A stretch of DNA of 64,000 nucleotides. It comes from Pedobacter sp. (GTDB lineage: Bacteria; Desulfobacterota; Desulfuromonadia; Desulfuromonadales; Syntrophotaleaceae). Both the position numbers and the translations under genes were made by a program. Below are positions 1 to 9,046 of the stretch, piece by piece. Numbering within the stretch: the stretch's first letter is position 1; every line of letters starts with the position of its first letter. The notes beneath the pieces were generated by a model. It was not told the origin of the DNA, searched no databases, and saw only the letters and a list, made by a program, of their open reading frames with translations. Where the stretch lies: assembly GCA_050253415.1 (NCBI GenBank), contig JBFWJC010000002.1:640725-704724 (forward strand), in the 5' to 3' direction.

Positions 1-1
1 G

Positions 2-607
2 ATTTTCGACCGGAACCGGAATGGGGCGGGGATACGAGTTGGTGAGTACCGCGTATACCTGCCGCAATCCCGATACCTTGGCCCGCACGTACCAGGAGGC
101 CCCTGGTCCGATGTGGCACCTTGTGCAGGCAACCCGGGCGTGAGGTGAGTTCAGGTAGGTCGTGTGGACAGGTTCCATGACCTGGTGACACAAAAGGCCG
201 CAGAAAGCGACCGATTCCGTCACCTGGTAGGCCCGATAACTGCCGAAGACAGAAAAAAGCAGAAACACGAATCCGATGCACACCGTCAGGATCACGTTGC
301 GTCGATGGCGGGGATTATTCAAGTCGATATATGGAAGTCCGGGTTTATATTCCGGTGCTCTCCGCAGTCGACGCTGATGCCAGGCGCCCGCCCCTATGAG
401 TAACAGACCTGCAAACACCGCACCGGGAAGAATGACGTAGACCAGCACCCCCAGATAGGGCCGATTGAAGCCCAGAAAAATATCGAAGGCGATCAGAATG
501 AGCAGGGCGAGCAGCGAACAGGCGGTCACGATGATGCCCGCCAGGCCAAGCCAGTTGCCGGCGTATGCCAGCAGTCCTTTTGGAGGCTTTGGGGAGGTTT
601 CGGTCAT
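2..607 (-). CDS. NapC/NirT-type membrane-anchored multiheme cytochrome c (N-terminal part; runs off window start)
   Basis: Not in the ORF track. My translation from ATG 607 (GGGG upstream) reads MTETSPKPPKGLL, three hydrophobic segments, then ESVAFCGLLCHQVMEP and SPHARVACTRCHIGPGASWYVRAKVSGLRQV, i.e. CX3CH and CXXCH heme motifs in NapC-like context. No stop before position 1. Confidence 0.85.
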   Translation of the reverse strand, partial: MTETSPKPPKGLLAYAGNWLGLAGIIVTACSLLALLILIAFDIFLGFNRPYLGVLVYVILPGAVFAGLLLIGAGAWHQRRLRRAPEYKPGLPYIDLNNPRHRRNVILTVCIGFVFLLFSVFGSYRAYQVTESVAFCGLLCHQVMEPVHTTYLNSPHARVACTRCHIGPGASWYVRAKVSGLRQVYAVLTNSYPRPIPVPVEN

Positions 608-662
608 AGTTTCCCCTGGTTACGAGATCCGTTGTCGGCCGTTCCTGCCGGAGGCGAGAAGT

Positions 663-974
663 CTATGGTTTAGGTGCTGAACGGAGATAATGGAGCATGG
701 TCTTCATCTCTTCATCTGTAAGTTTGTATGCGGGCATGCGGGTGTCGGCTCCTAGCGCTTCCTTGGGGCTGACGATGGACTGCTTCAGGAAATCGTCGGT
801 TTTTCCTTCGGCGATCCCGGCCAGAGGCTGGGCCATCCCCCCATCCTTGTGGCAGATGGTACAGCGATTTTTTTCGGCGAGGGCTTTGCCTGCAGCCGTC
901 ATTTCACAGTCCGCCGCTGCCGGTACGGTAAATCCGACGAGCACCAATGCGATGCATAGGGATTGGACTTTCAT
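663..974 (-). CDS. Periplasmic monoheme c-type cytochrome
   Basis: Signal peptide, CTICH heme motif, distal RMP Met ligand; GAGGAGG RBS upstream. Confidence 0.85.
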   Translation of the reverse strand: MKVQSLCIALVLVGFTVPAAADCEMTAAGKALAEKNRCTICHKDGGMAQPLAGIAEGKTDDFLKQSIVSPKEALGADTRMPAYKLTDEEMKTMLHYLRSAPKP

Positions 975-1127
975 GGTGACCTCCTCACACTTTCAATAAC
1001 TGTTTGTTTGGCCTGCCTTCAGGTGTCCGCTTGGCGTTCCATCTGCTGCACAAACCGTTGGCGGAATGAGCCGACCTGGTGGTTTTTACGGTCCTGCGAA
1101 CCTGTTTCTGTTCTTAGCGCGGGTCAC

Positions 1128-1145
1128 TGTAAAAAAGTGTTTACA
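1128..1145. promoter_or_regulatory. Palindromic candidate regulator site TGTAAA-N6-TTTACA
   Basis: Perfect 6-bp arms in the AT-rich divergent intergenic region; matches the TyrR-box geometry; regulator unknown. Confidence 0.35.
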
Positions 1146-1464
1146 AAATAAATACATACCTTGATATGCCACGATGTCAACCTGGATGCACCCGCGCTTT
1201 CGGGAGGATGCTGATATCCATTTTGGTCTTTTAGCCAAACTTATGGATATCGTTGATATTTATTCGCCATTATTTCAGGTCTGCGTGGATTGCAAAACAA
1301 CGGCACCATAGAAGCAAAATCGCATTGGTGCGCTGAATATCAAGGGGTGACCGTAATGCTTGACCGGAGATTCTGTGTCGCGCGCCATGTCCCGAGGTTC
1401 TTCGGGTATAATGACTCAAGCGGATCGTGCTCTTAATGTTGGCGTATGCTACAGGATATTTCCC

Positions 1465-2067
1465 ATGACTGACGTGCCTGTTTTGGAAGTGGTCTACGAT
1501 TACATCTGCCCGTGGTGCTATCTGGGTGCCGCCCACGCGGAACGTCTGCACACAGAGTTCGGTGTGAAGCTACGCTGGACCTTGTTCCCTCTGCATCCTG
1601 AGATCCCCACGGACGGCATGCTGTTGGCCGAATTGTTTCGCGGCCGGGCCTACGATGTCGAAGCCATGAACGATCGGTTGCAGGTGGCGGCGGACCAGGT
1701 CGGTCTGCCGATCGTCCGCCGGGCGCGTATCAGCAATAGTCGCCGGGCTCAGGAATTGCAAAAATGGGCCGAAAGTCTCGGTCGGGGAAATGCTTTTCGC
1801 CATGCGGTTTTCCATGCCTATTTCGTCGGAGGGAAGGACATCTTCGCCCTGGATGAACTGGAGGCTATAGCCGAGGCTGCTGGCTTGCCGAGGGCAGACG
1901 TTCAGACTGTTCTCCAGCAACGACGGTTCGCCGATGAGGTGGACGGCGACTGGCTGCGAACCCGGCAGTTGGCGATAACGGCGGTACCGTTTTATCTCTA
2001 CGGCGAAGAAGTGCTGGTGGGATTTCGCCCTTACGAGGATTTCGTCAAGTTGCTGGGCAAAACCTGA
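1465..2067 (+). CDS. DsbA/FrnE-family oxidoreductase
   Basis: YDYICPWCY thioredoxin-like motif, FPLHPEIP, ITAVP cis-Pro region; start placed at ATG 1465. Confidence 0.85.
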   Translation: MTDVPVLEVVYDYICPWCYLGAAHAERLHTEFGVKLRWTLFPLHPEIPTDGMLLAELFRGRAYDVEAMNDRLQVAADQVGLPIVRRARISNSRRAQELQKWAESLGRGNAFRHAVFHAYFVGGKDIFALDELEAIAEAAGLPRADVQTVLQQRRFADEVDGDWLRTRQLAITAVPFYLYGEEVLVGFRPYEDFVKLLGKT

Positions 2068-2106
2068 GGTTTTCCTAAACCTGTCTCTTTTAGCGTGGAG
2101 GAGCAG

Positions 2107-3102
2107 ATGGCCGGTGAATCGTGGACTGCGCGGACCTTGCTGGAAGTTTCCAACGGTTACTGGCAGACCTGCGCCCTGCACGCGGCAGTCAAGCTTGACC
2201 TGTTCAGTTGTCTGGATGAACAGGCTGCCGTGGCGGCCGACCTGGCCCAAAAGGTCGGGGCCGATCATGCAGCACTGGAAAGGCTCCTCAATGCCCTGAC
2301 CGCCATGCAGCTGCTGACCAAAAGCGGTGAGCGTTATGTTTGTACGCCCAGTGCCGCCGAGTTTTTGTCGCGGCAATCGCCCCGTTATCTGGGGCATATT
2401 ATTCTTCACCACAGGCACTTGATGGACTCCTGGTTGCATCTTGATGAGGCGGTAACCAGCGGCCAACCCGTGCGCAAGAAACCCTTTTACGTGGATAAGG
2501 AATCGCTGGAGAGCTTTCTGCTCGGGATGTCCGCTCTGGCCATGCTGCTGGCGCCAAAGGTGGTCGATAAAATCGACCTGTCCGGGCGTCGCCGGCTGCT
2601 TGATCTGGGAGGCGGGCCGGGAACCTGGGCTCTCCACTTCTGCCGGGAAAACCCCGGGCTGGAGGCCACTGTTTTCGATCTGCCAACGACACGCGACTTT
2701 GCCGAGGAAGCTATCGCCCGCTTCGGTCTTGGTGACCGTGTTGCCTTTGTCGCCGGCGACTTTCTGACCGAGGGCGTACCCGGCCGGTACGACGTCGCCT
2801 GGCTCTCGCATATCCTGCATGGCGAGGGGCCGCAGGAGGTGCGAACCATTCTGGATAAGGCAGTTTCTTCCCTTGAACCGGGAGGTCTGCTGCTGATTCA
2901 CGAATTCGTCCTCGACAACGACCTGGCCGGACCACTGTTCCCGGCGTTGTTTTCCCTCAATATGCTGCTGGGCACACCGGGCGGACGTACGTACTCCGCC
3001 CAGCAGCTGTTTGACGCCTTGCGAGCAGCGGGGTGTAAAGATCCACGCCTGCTATCCCTTGATCTGCCGGGGGGATCCTCCATTATCGCGGCTATTGTCT
3101 GA
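2107..3102 (+). CDS. SAM-dependent O-methyltransferase with N-terminal dimerisation domain
   Basis: LLDLGGGPG motif I, VFDLP, GDF, SHILH, LEPGG; GGAGGAG RBS. Confidence 0.9.
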   Translation: MAGESWTARTLLEVSNGYWQTCALHAAVKLDLFSCLDEQAAVAADLAQKVGADHAALERLLNALTAMQLLTKSGERYVCTPSAAEFLSRQSPRYLGHIILHHRHLMDSWLHLDEAVTSGQPVRKKPFYVDKESLESFLLGMSALAMLLAPKVVDKIDLSGRRRLLDLGGGPGTWALHFCRENPGLEATVFDLPTTRDFAEEAIARFGLGDRVAFVAGDFLTEGVPGRYDVAWLSHILHGEGPQEVRTILDKAVSSLEPGGLLLIHEFVLDNDLAGPLFPALFSLNMLLGTPGGRTYSAQQLFDALRAAGCKDPRLLSLDLPGGSSIIAAIV

Positions 3103-3237
3103 ATCGGTGTCGCTGATTTACGGCCGCTGCCTTCCCATGATGCCCATCCGCAGGTTGGGGCGTTTTGTATTCCCGGCTCGATGGCCTTGTCATCGGAATC
3201 GCGCCTGTTGGTCACCCCTTAACCACAGGAGAGCGCC

Positions 3238-3831
3238 GTGAGCCGAAGCATCGACGACCTGATCCGTAAAATGCACGCATTGGAAGAAGAACTGCAGGTG
3301 GAGTACCGCAAAAAGAGGGAAGAGTTCGACTTCATCATCCAGGAGAAGCGGGTTCGTTTCGCCGCGGAGATAGCCCTTCAGCAGCGCCGCTTCAAGTCCG
3401 GTATTTTCGGATATCTCCGGCACGCCCGGCTCCTCAACATCCTGACTGCGCCCATCATCTATGCCGGCTTAGCGCCAGTTATTCTGCTCGACCTGTTTTT
3501 GTGGGCCTACCAGGGGATCTGTTTTCCGATCTATGGAATCGCCAAGGTGAAACGTTCCGATTATCTCGTTTTTGACCGGACAGACCTGCCGTATCTCAAC
3601 ATCATCGAAAAGTGTAACTGCTTCTATTGTTCCTATGTCAACGGCCTGGCGGCATTCCTGCGGGAGATCGCTGCGCGTACCGAGCAGTACTGGTGCCCCA
3701 TCAAGCATGCCCGAAGGATTCGCGATGCGCACAGCCTTTATCCCCGCTTTTTTGAATTCGGCGACGCCGAAAGTTATGGGAAAGGGTTGGAGCGGCTCAG
3801 GGAGGAGTTGAACCAAGGCGAAGAGAAATGA
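3238..3831 (+). CDS. Hypothetical membrane protein with Cys/His-rich C-terminal region
   Basis: AGGAGAG RBS and GTG start; coiled N-terminus, hydrophobic segment, CNCFYCSY and YWCPIKH motifs. Confidence 0.7.
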   Translation: MSRSIDDLIRKMHALEEELQVEYRKKREEFDFIIQEKRVRFAAEIALQQRRFKSGIFGYLRHARLLNILTAPIIYAGLAPVILLDLFLWAYQGICFPIYGIAKVKRSDYLVFDRTDLPYLNIIEKCNCFYCSYVNGLAAFLREIAARTEQYWCPIKHARRIRDAHSLYPRFFEFGDAESYGKGLERLREELNQGEEK

Positions 3832-4219
3832 TGTGCCAGTCGGAAGAGCATACCTGCGTTTGGCATATGATCAGAAAGGAACAGCTTGCACTTTCCTTTT
3901 GTTTGGTACGGATGTTTATGGAACAAATGCTTTTTTATGAATTTTAGAACTCTGCAAGCTACTTGTAGCTAAAAATCCAAACCATATTGTGCTCGGGCTG
4001 ATGCTGCCAACAGCGTGCGGATGCTTGGGACGCTGCTGTTTATTCCCAGGACCTGAAACTGAAGTGTCCTCTGACGCTTTGGACGATTGCGTAATGTGTG
4101 CTATAAAAAATGATCTGCTGCGTTACATGCTGGATGTTCGCAATGCCGGGAGGGCTGCGGTCGGAGGTTGGTTGGCGTGGTGGACTACAGAAAATGAACG
4201 GTTCATAAGGAGGAAGATT

Positions 4220-4993
4220 CTGTCATTTTTCACGAAAAAGAAGCCAGCAAAGGCCATTAAAGCGGTCTTTTTTGATCTCGACGGAACCCTGCTTGATGTG
4301 GAGATGAACGGATTTATCGCTGCCTACATCGAAGGGCTGGGCCGTCATTTTTCCGATGTCGCTATGCGTTACAACTTCGGTTCCGCTTTAAGGGAAGCGA
4401 TGATGGCCTTGCTGGAGGGGAAAAATGGATTCGACAGTAACGAGCAGCTGTTCTTAGCTGTACTGCAGCAGCGCCTCGGTATCGATGCCGACCTTTTTTT
4501 CGCTCGTCTTGAAAATTATTGCGTAGATGGCCTGTCTCGTCTTCAGACTTTCGTCAATCCCCTGCCGCTGGCGCGACAAATTCTCGACCAGTGTCGTGCC
4601 CTGAACCTTACCGTGGTACTTGCCACCAACCCGGTTTTTCCTCGCGCCATCGTTGATGCCCGCCTTGCCTGGGGCGGTATGGGCGATTTCCCGTTCGATC
4701 TTGTAACCTCCATCGAAAATACCCGTTTTTGCAAACCCGATCCCCGTTATTTCTCTGATCTTCTCGACCGTTTCGGCCTCGCCCCCAAAGAAACCATCAT
4801 GGTGGGCAACGATACCGAGCACGATCTTGCCGCTCTCGATGTCGGTATGAAGACCTTTCTTGTCGATACCTGGCTCATTGACCGCGGCAGCAATTTCGAA
4901 CCCGATTATCGTGGAGGACACCAGGATCTTCTCATGTTTCTGGAAGGCCTCGGACCGTTTGGTGGTATAAAAATCATGGATCATCTCCGTTAA
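4220..4993 (+). CDS. HAD-superfamily hydrolase (start uncertain, possibly CTG 4220)
   Basis: FDLDGTLL motif I, LATN motif II, KP motif III, MVGND motif IV; TAAGGAGG at 4206-4213. Confidence 0.85.
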   Translation: MSFFTKKKPAKAIKAVFFDLDGTLLDVEMNGFIAAYIEGLGRHFSDVAMRYNFGSALREAMMALLEGKNGFDSNEQLFLAVLQQRLGIDADLFFARLENYCVDGLSRLQTFVNPLPLARQILDQCRALNLTVVLATNPVFPRAIVDARLAWGGMGDFPFDLVTSIENTRFCKPDPRYFSDLLDRFGLAPKETIMVGNDTEHDLAALDVGMKTFLVDTWLIDRGSNFEPDYRGGHQDLLMFLEGLGPFGGIKIMDHLR

Positions 4994-5058
4994 TCCCAAT
5001 GAATTCCAGCCCGGATAACCCTTACATGTGACACCGCAAAATTCCTGCAGACATAAAC

Positions 5059-5089
5059 AGCCCTCCCGTGATCCGGCGAGGGCTTTTTC
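5059..5089 (+). terminator. Probable rho-independent terminator
   Basis: AGCCCTC...GAGGGCT stem followed by a T run, downstream of the HAD gene. Confidence 0.55.
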
Positions 5090-5322
5090 ATACCTGAAAG
5101 GCTTTGTCTCCACGACAAAATCTTCTCCCCGTACAGAAAATTTCGTGAAACAGCAGGCTTATTTATTCAGGGAGTGATTGAAGAAGGTCAATAAAAGTCC
5201 GGAATAAAAAGAGTATGGATTGAAATATAGGAAGCTAAAGGTAGTCGTTAAATAGGTGAAACCGGCTGCGCAGTGTAACAAAACGTCACATCGGAAGAGT
5301 GCTTGTTTCAGGAGGAATGCGG

Positions 5323-6228
5323 ATGGCTGAACCGATGCTGAGGCAGTTGATAGCGAAAGTCGCCGGTCAATCGTGGTTGCGCAAGGCTGTGATGAGTACT
5401 CCCGGCATTCGCGACCTTGCCTGGCGGTTTGTGGCGGGGGAGAATCTGGATGCCGGAATTGCGGCGCTGAAGTCGCTTAACGCTCGCGGTATCAAGGGGA
5501 CGCTGAATTTCATAGGCACCCACGTCAAGAATGAAGCCGAGGCCGTGGCGGCCGCCGACGCGGCTATCGAGGCGCTGCGACGCATACACGCGGAGGAGCT
5601 TGACGGTAACCTGTCGGTCAAACTCACGCAGATCGGACTGGATATCGATAAGGCCCTCTGTCGCGCGCAATTGCGACGGATCCTGGAGTGCGCCGCGCAG
5701 GTGGGAAACTTTGTCCGCATCGACATGGAAGAATCTCGCTATGTGGAACCCACCCTGCAAATCTTTGAGGAGATGCTCGATGCCTATGGCGCCGATACGG
5801 TGGGGATCGTGTTGCAATCCTACCTGCTTCAACGCAAAGCCGACCTCGAACGCATGCTCGCCAGGGAGGCCAGGATTCGACTGGTGAAAGGCGGATACTG
5901 GGAAGCGGCCGAAATCGTGTATCGCAAGAAGTCCGACATCGATAATGCCTTTCGCCGGGATCTTGAGGTGCTCCTGCCGCGTGGGCGGTATCCGGCCATC
6001 GCTACGCACGATGCGCGGTTTCTGGCCCAGACACGGCATCTTGCCGGTGAGGCTGGTATCGAGCCGCAGGCGTTCGAGGTTCTGTTGCTCTACGGCGTAC
6101 GGACCGATCTCCAGAACGACTTGGTGCGAGATGGTTATAACGTGCATTGCTATGTTCCGTACGGGGGTAAATTGTATGCGTATCTGCTCGGTAGTGTCCG
6201 CCGCATTCCCTGGGGGGGCGCCGGGTGA
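5323..6228 (+). CDS. Monofunctional proline dehydrogenase-family flavoprotein
   Basis: RFVAGE, SVKLTQIG, RIDMEE, RLVKGGY, IATHD, LYGVR, YVPYG motifs; AGGAGG RBS. Confidence 0.85.
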   Translation: MAEPMLRQLIAKVAGQSWLRKAVMSTPGIRDLAWRFVAGENLDAGIAALKSLNARGIKGTLNFIGTHVKNEAEAVAAADAAIEALRRIHAEELDGNLSVKLTQIGLDIDKALCRAQLRRILECAAQVGNFVRIDMEESRYVEPTLQIFEEMLDAYGADTVGIVLQSYLLQRKADLERMLAREARIRLVKGGYWEAAEIVYRKKSDIDNAFRRDLEVLLPRGRYPAIATHDARFLAQTRHLAGEAGIEPQAFEVLLLYGVRTDLQNDLVRDGYNVHCYVPYGGKLYAYLLGSVRRIPWGGAG

Positions 6229-6377
6229 GCGAGTGGGTTCGACCCATGTCATGACGAGTACGCATACCAATCCCTGCTTGACGGCTGGTCTGCGTATTAT
6301 GGTGTGTCTCCTTCCCAGGGCGGATTTTTCCCGTCCTATCGATCGCTTCCTGACACGGATCCCCAGCCTCCGACTGA

Positions 6378-7256
6378 TCACAAATAATCAAGAATAGAAA
6401 GGCTCATCACCCGTGTGCTGACGCTCAGGGCGGCTTCCAGAGATTCCTCAGCCAGGGTCATATCACTTAAAACTTCCACCAGATCGGCATCTTCATAACT
6501 GGAAAGGGTGGACTGCATCTGCAGTTTGGCGTCCTCCATGAGGGACATGCTGTCCTCCATGCGGGCGTTGATGTTGCCCATTTTGCTGCGCTGCCGGGTG
6601 ACCTGGGTGGCCGCGTTTTCGAGGGTGTCCAGTTGCTCTCCCATAGCCGTGGTGTCTGCGCTGGACAGGGCTTCTTGAAGGGTGGACAGGGTGTCAAAAA
6701 TGTCCACCGGATCGCTGAAAAGTTCGTCGCCGGTGATATTGGTCTGTACCGTCTGGCCGGGCCCGATCTGCAGGAATTTGTGGTCGCTGGTGCCGCTGTA
6801 GGTGACCGGGTCGCCACTGAACGGCGCGGTGGTATCGCTGAAGCCGGCAAACAGGTACTTGCCATCGACCCGGGTGTTGGCGATGCTGAGCATCTGTTCC
6901 TGCAGGGCCGCCACTTCTTCTGCATACGATTGCAGGTCATGGTCGGTCAGCGATCCGTTAACGCCGGCGACGGCGATTTCCCGGGCTCGCGCCATGATGG
7001 TTTCGGCGGAATCGAGATAGCTGTCAACGGTGTCCATGCGATCCTGGGCAACTTCGATGTTTTCCATGTAGCGGTCCATGCCGGTAATGGCGCTGCGGGC
7101 GCTGCTCACTTTGGAAACGGTCGTCGGATCGTCGGAAGCGCGGGTCATTTTCTTTCCCGTGGAGGCCTGCAGATACAGACTGTCAACGCGACTGTTGCTT
7201 TGGCGGATGGCGAGCTGGATGCTGCGATAGGTTGAGCTGGCTGTGGTTCTCATCAT
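6378..7256 (-). CDS. flgL: Flagellar hook-associated protein 3
   Basis: STGKK..RASDDP N-terminus, ANT..GKYLFAG, C-terminal SILDYL; follows flgK. Confidence 0.9.
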   Translation of the reverse strand: MMRTTASSTYRSIQLAIRQSNSRVDSLYLQASTGKKMTRASDDPTTVSKVSSARSAITGMDRYMENIEVAQDRMDTVDSYLDSAETIMARAREIAVAGVNGSLTDHDLQSYAEEVAALQEQMLSIANTRVDGKYLFAGFSDTTAPFSGDPVTYSGTSDHKFLQIGPGQTVQTNITGDELFSDPVDIFDTLSTLQEALSSADTTAMGEQLDTLENAATQVTRQRSKMGNINARMEDSMSLMEDAKLQMQSTLSSYEDADLVEVLSDMTLAEESLEAALSVSTRVMSLSILDYL

Positions 7257-7262
7257 TGCTCC

Positions 7263-8666
7263 TTATAAAGCCATCAGGGTGTCGAGCATGTCCTGCACCA
7301 CCGAAAGGTATTTGGCCGCGGCCTCGTAGCCGCTCTGGTACTGGGTCAGCAGTACCATTTCCTCGTCAACCGATACCCCGGAGATGGAGTCCCGCAGGTT
7401 TTGAAGCTGCATCAGGGCGTCTTCGCTGGCTTCAGTGGCGGTGCTGTTGCGACTGACGGTTGTGCCGATTCCGGCGGCGATCTGGTCGTAGTAGTCTTGA
7501 AAGGTGGCGTTTCCATTCATGGTCGCCGTGCCCTGCAAGGCGGTCATGAGCAGGGTGTTGGTATTGTCGCCGGACAGGGTGTTGGAGCCGGTCAGGGTTC
7601 CTGCAGCTACCTGATCGGTGTCGGTAAGAGCCAGGGATATGGAGCCTGCCGCGCCGGCCCATGGCGCATCCGGGTCGGAGGAAGCGGCAAGACTGAAGAA
7701 AGCGCTGCCGCTGTTGCCGTCCAGGTCGACTCCAGAGCTATGCACGGTGTTGACACTTTCGGCGAACTGCCAGGCCAGCTGGTCCAGTTGCGCACGCGCC
7801 TCTTCGATGGTTTCATCCCGCACCGTCATCAGTCCCTTGAGCGTTCCCCCCAGATCGTCGTTGTCGATTTTGACCGCAGACGCTCCGGTAGCGACGCTGA
7901 GCTGGATTGTGCCGTCCGTCCGCTCCGTTGTAATGGCAAAGAAATTCCCTGCGATGACCAGCGGCACGCCGGATGCCAGGTTTACCGATACCGCGCCATT
8001 GTCCATTTCGTAGTATTGAATGCCGGCGGTCCCGGCGACTTCCTGCAACAGCAGGTCCCGTTCATCGCGCAATCCGTTGGCCGCTACGCCGCCGGATTCC
8101 ATGGAGACGATTTGCGTATTGAGGTCCGCGATCTGCGCCAGTTGGCTGTTGAGGGTGTCCACTTCCACTGTGATATTCTGGTTGATACCTTCCTGCAGGT
8201 CGGCAAGGTCCTGATCCATTTGCACAAAAGCGGCGGCGAGTTGCTCTCCCATTTGCAAGACTTCCTCGCGTTCGATGCTCTTGCCGGGGTCGCTGCTCAG
8301 CGCTTGCCAGGCATCGAAAAAATCATCAATGGCCGAACTCAGGTTCCCCTCGGAAATGCCAACGATACTTTCCAGGGTAGCGAGCGGCTCGGTCTGGGCT
8401 GCTGCTTCGCCGTAATCGGCATTTTTGTTTACCAGTTGGCTGGTGACCAGTGCGTTCTCTGTACGGCTGATGCCGCTGACCGATGCTCCCTGGCCGACAA
8501 AGGTGCCGTTAAACTCCAAAGCCGGTGCCGAAGCAACCTGCACCACCTGGCGGGAATAGCCTTCGGTGTTGGCGTTGGCGACATTGTTGCCCGTTACTTC
8601 GATGCCGATCTGGTTAACCGTCAGTCCGCTCTGCCCGGTATGGAGGGAGGAAATAAGTCCGCTCAT
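7263..8666 (-). CDS. flgK: Flagellar hook-associated protein 1
   Basis: GNNVANANTEGYSRQ N-terminus, SGVSVDEEM..L..YQ..YEAAAK C-terminus; start at ATG 8666. Confidence 0.92.
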   Translation of the reverse strand: MSGLISSLHTGQSGLTVNQIGIEVTGNNVANANTEGYSRQVVQVASAPALEFNGTFVGQGASVSGISRTENALVTSQLVNKNADYGEAAAQTEPLATLESIVGISEGNLSSAIDDFFDAWQALSSDPGKSIEREEVLQMGEQLAAAFVQMDQDLADLQEGINQNITVEVDTLNSQLAQIADLNTQIVSMESGGVAANGLRDERDLLLQEVAGTAGIQYYEMDNGAVSVNLASGVPLVIAGNFFAITTERTDGTIQLSVATGASAVKIDNDDLGGTLKGLMTVRDETIEEARAQLDQLAWQFAESVNTVHSSGVDLDGNSGSAFFSLAASSDPDAPWAGAAGSISLALTDTDQVAAGTLTGSNTLSGDNTNTLLMTALQGTATMNGNATFQDYYDQIAAGIGTTVSRNSTATEASEDALMQLQNLRDSISGVSVDEEMVLLTQYQSGYEAAAKYLSVVQDMLDTLMAL

Positions 8667-8668
8667 TG

Positions 8669-9025
8669 CTAGATTTTCCCCGAGATAAGATGTTGCGCCG
8701 GGGCGCCGGATGCCTTGTTGCCCGCCGGGCCGTAGCCCTGGTTGCCATAGTGGCGACAATGGGCGCTCCAGATACCCATAATCGTGTGCATGCAACAGTG
8801 GTACAGTCGCGTGTTGCGCCGGATTTCCAGCCGTATTTGGATTATCAGCTGCCGGGTTTCGTGGTCTAACGCATCAATGGCGTAGGGCTCCAGTCTGGAG
8901 ATAAGAGCCTGTTTGTCGCACAGGATGCTTTGCAGCCCCTGCATGTCCAGATCTCGGGCGCAACGCCGCTCGTAGATAAGAAGTTGCCTGAGGCTCAGCA
9001 ATTGTTCATGCAGGGTTTGGCTCAT
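8669..9025 (-). CDS. FlgN-like flagellar export chaperone
   Basis: Small helical protein directly upstream of flgK, ending YGPAG...ISGKI; the assignment rests mainly on position and size. Confidence 0.6.
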   Translation of the reverse strand: MSQTLHEQLLSLRQLLIYERRCARDLDMQGLQSILCDKQALISRLEPYAIDALDHETRQLIIQIRLEIRRNTRLYHCCMHTIMGIWSAHCRHYGNQGYGPAGNKASGAPAQHLISGKI

Positions 9026-9046
9026 GGTGGCCTTCTCCATGTAACT

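Noticed and set aside
1465..2067. Selenocysteine in the DsbA-like protein
   Set aside because: Both active-site codons are TGC (CPWC); there is no in-frame TGA.
3989..4219. Long N-terminal extension of the HAD ORF shown in the ORF track
   Set aside because: It does not resemble a HAD N-terminus, and a strong Shine-Dalgarno lies at 4206-4213.
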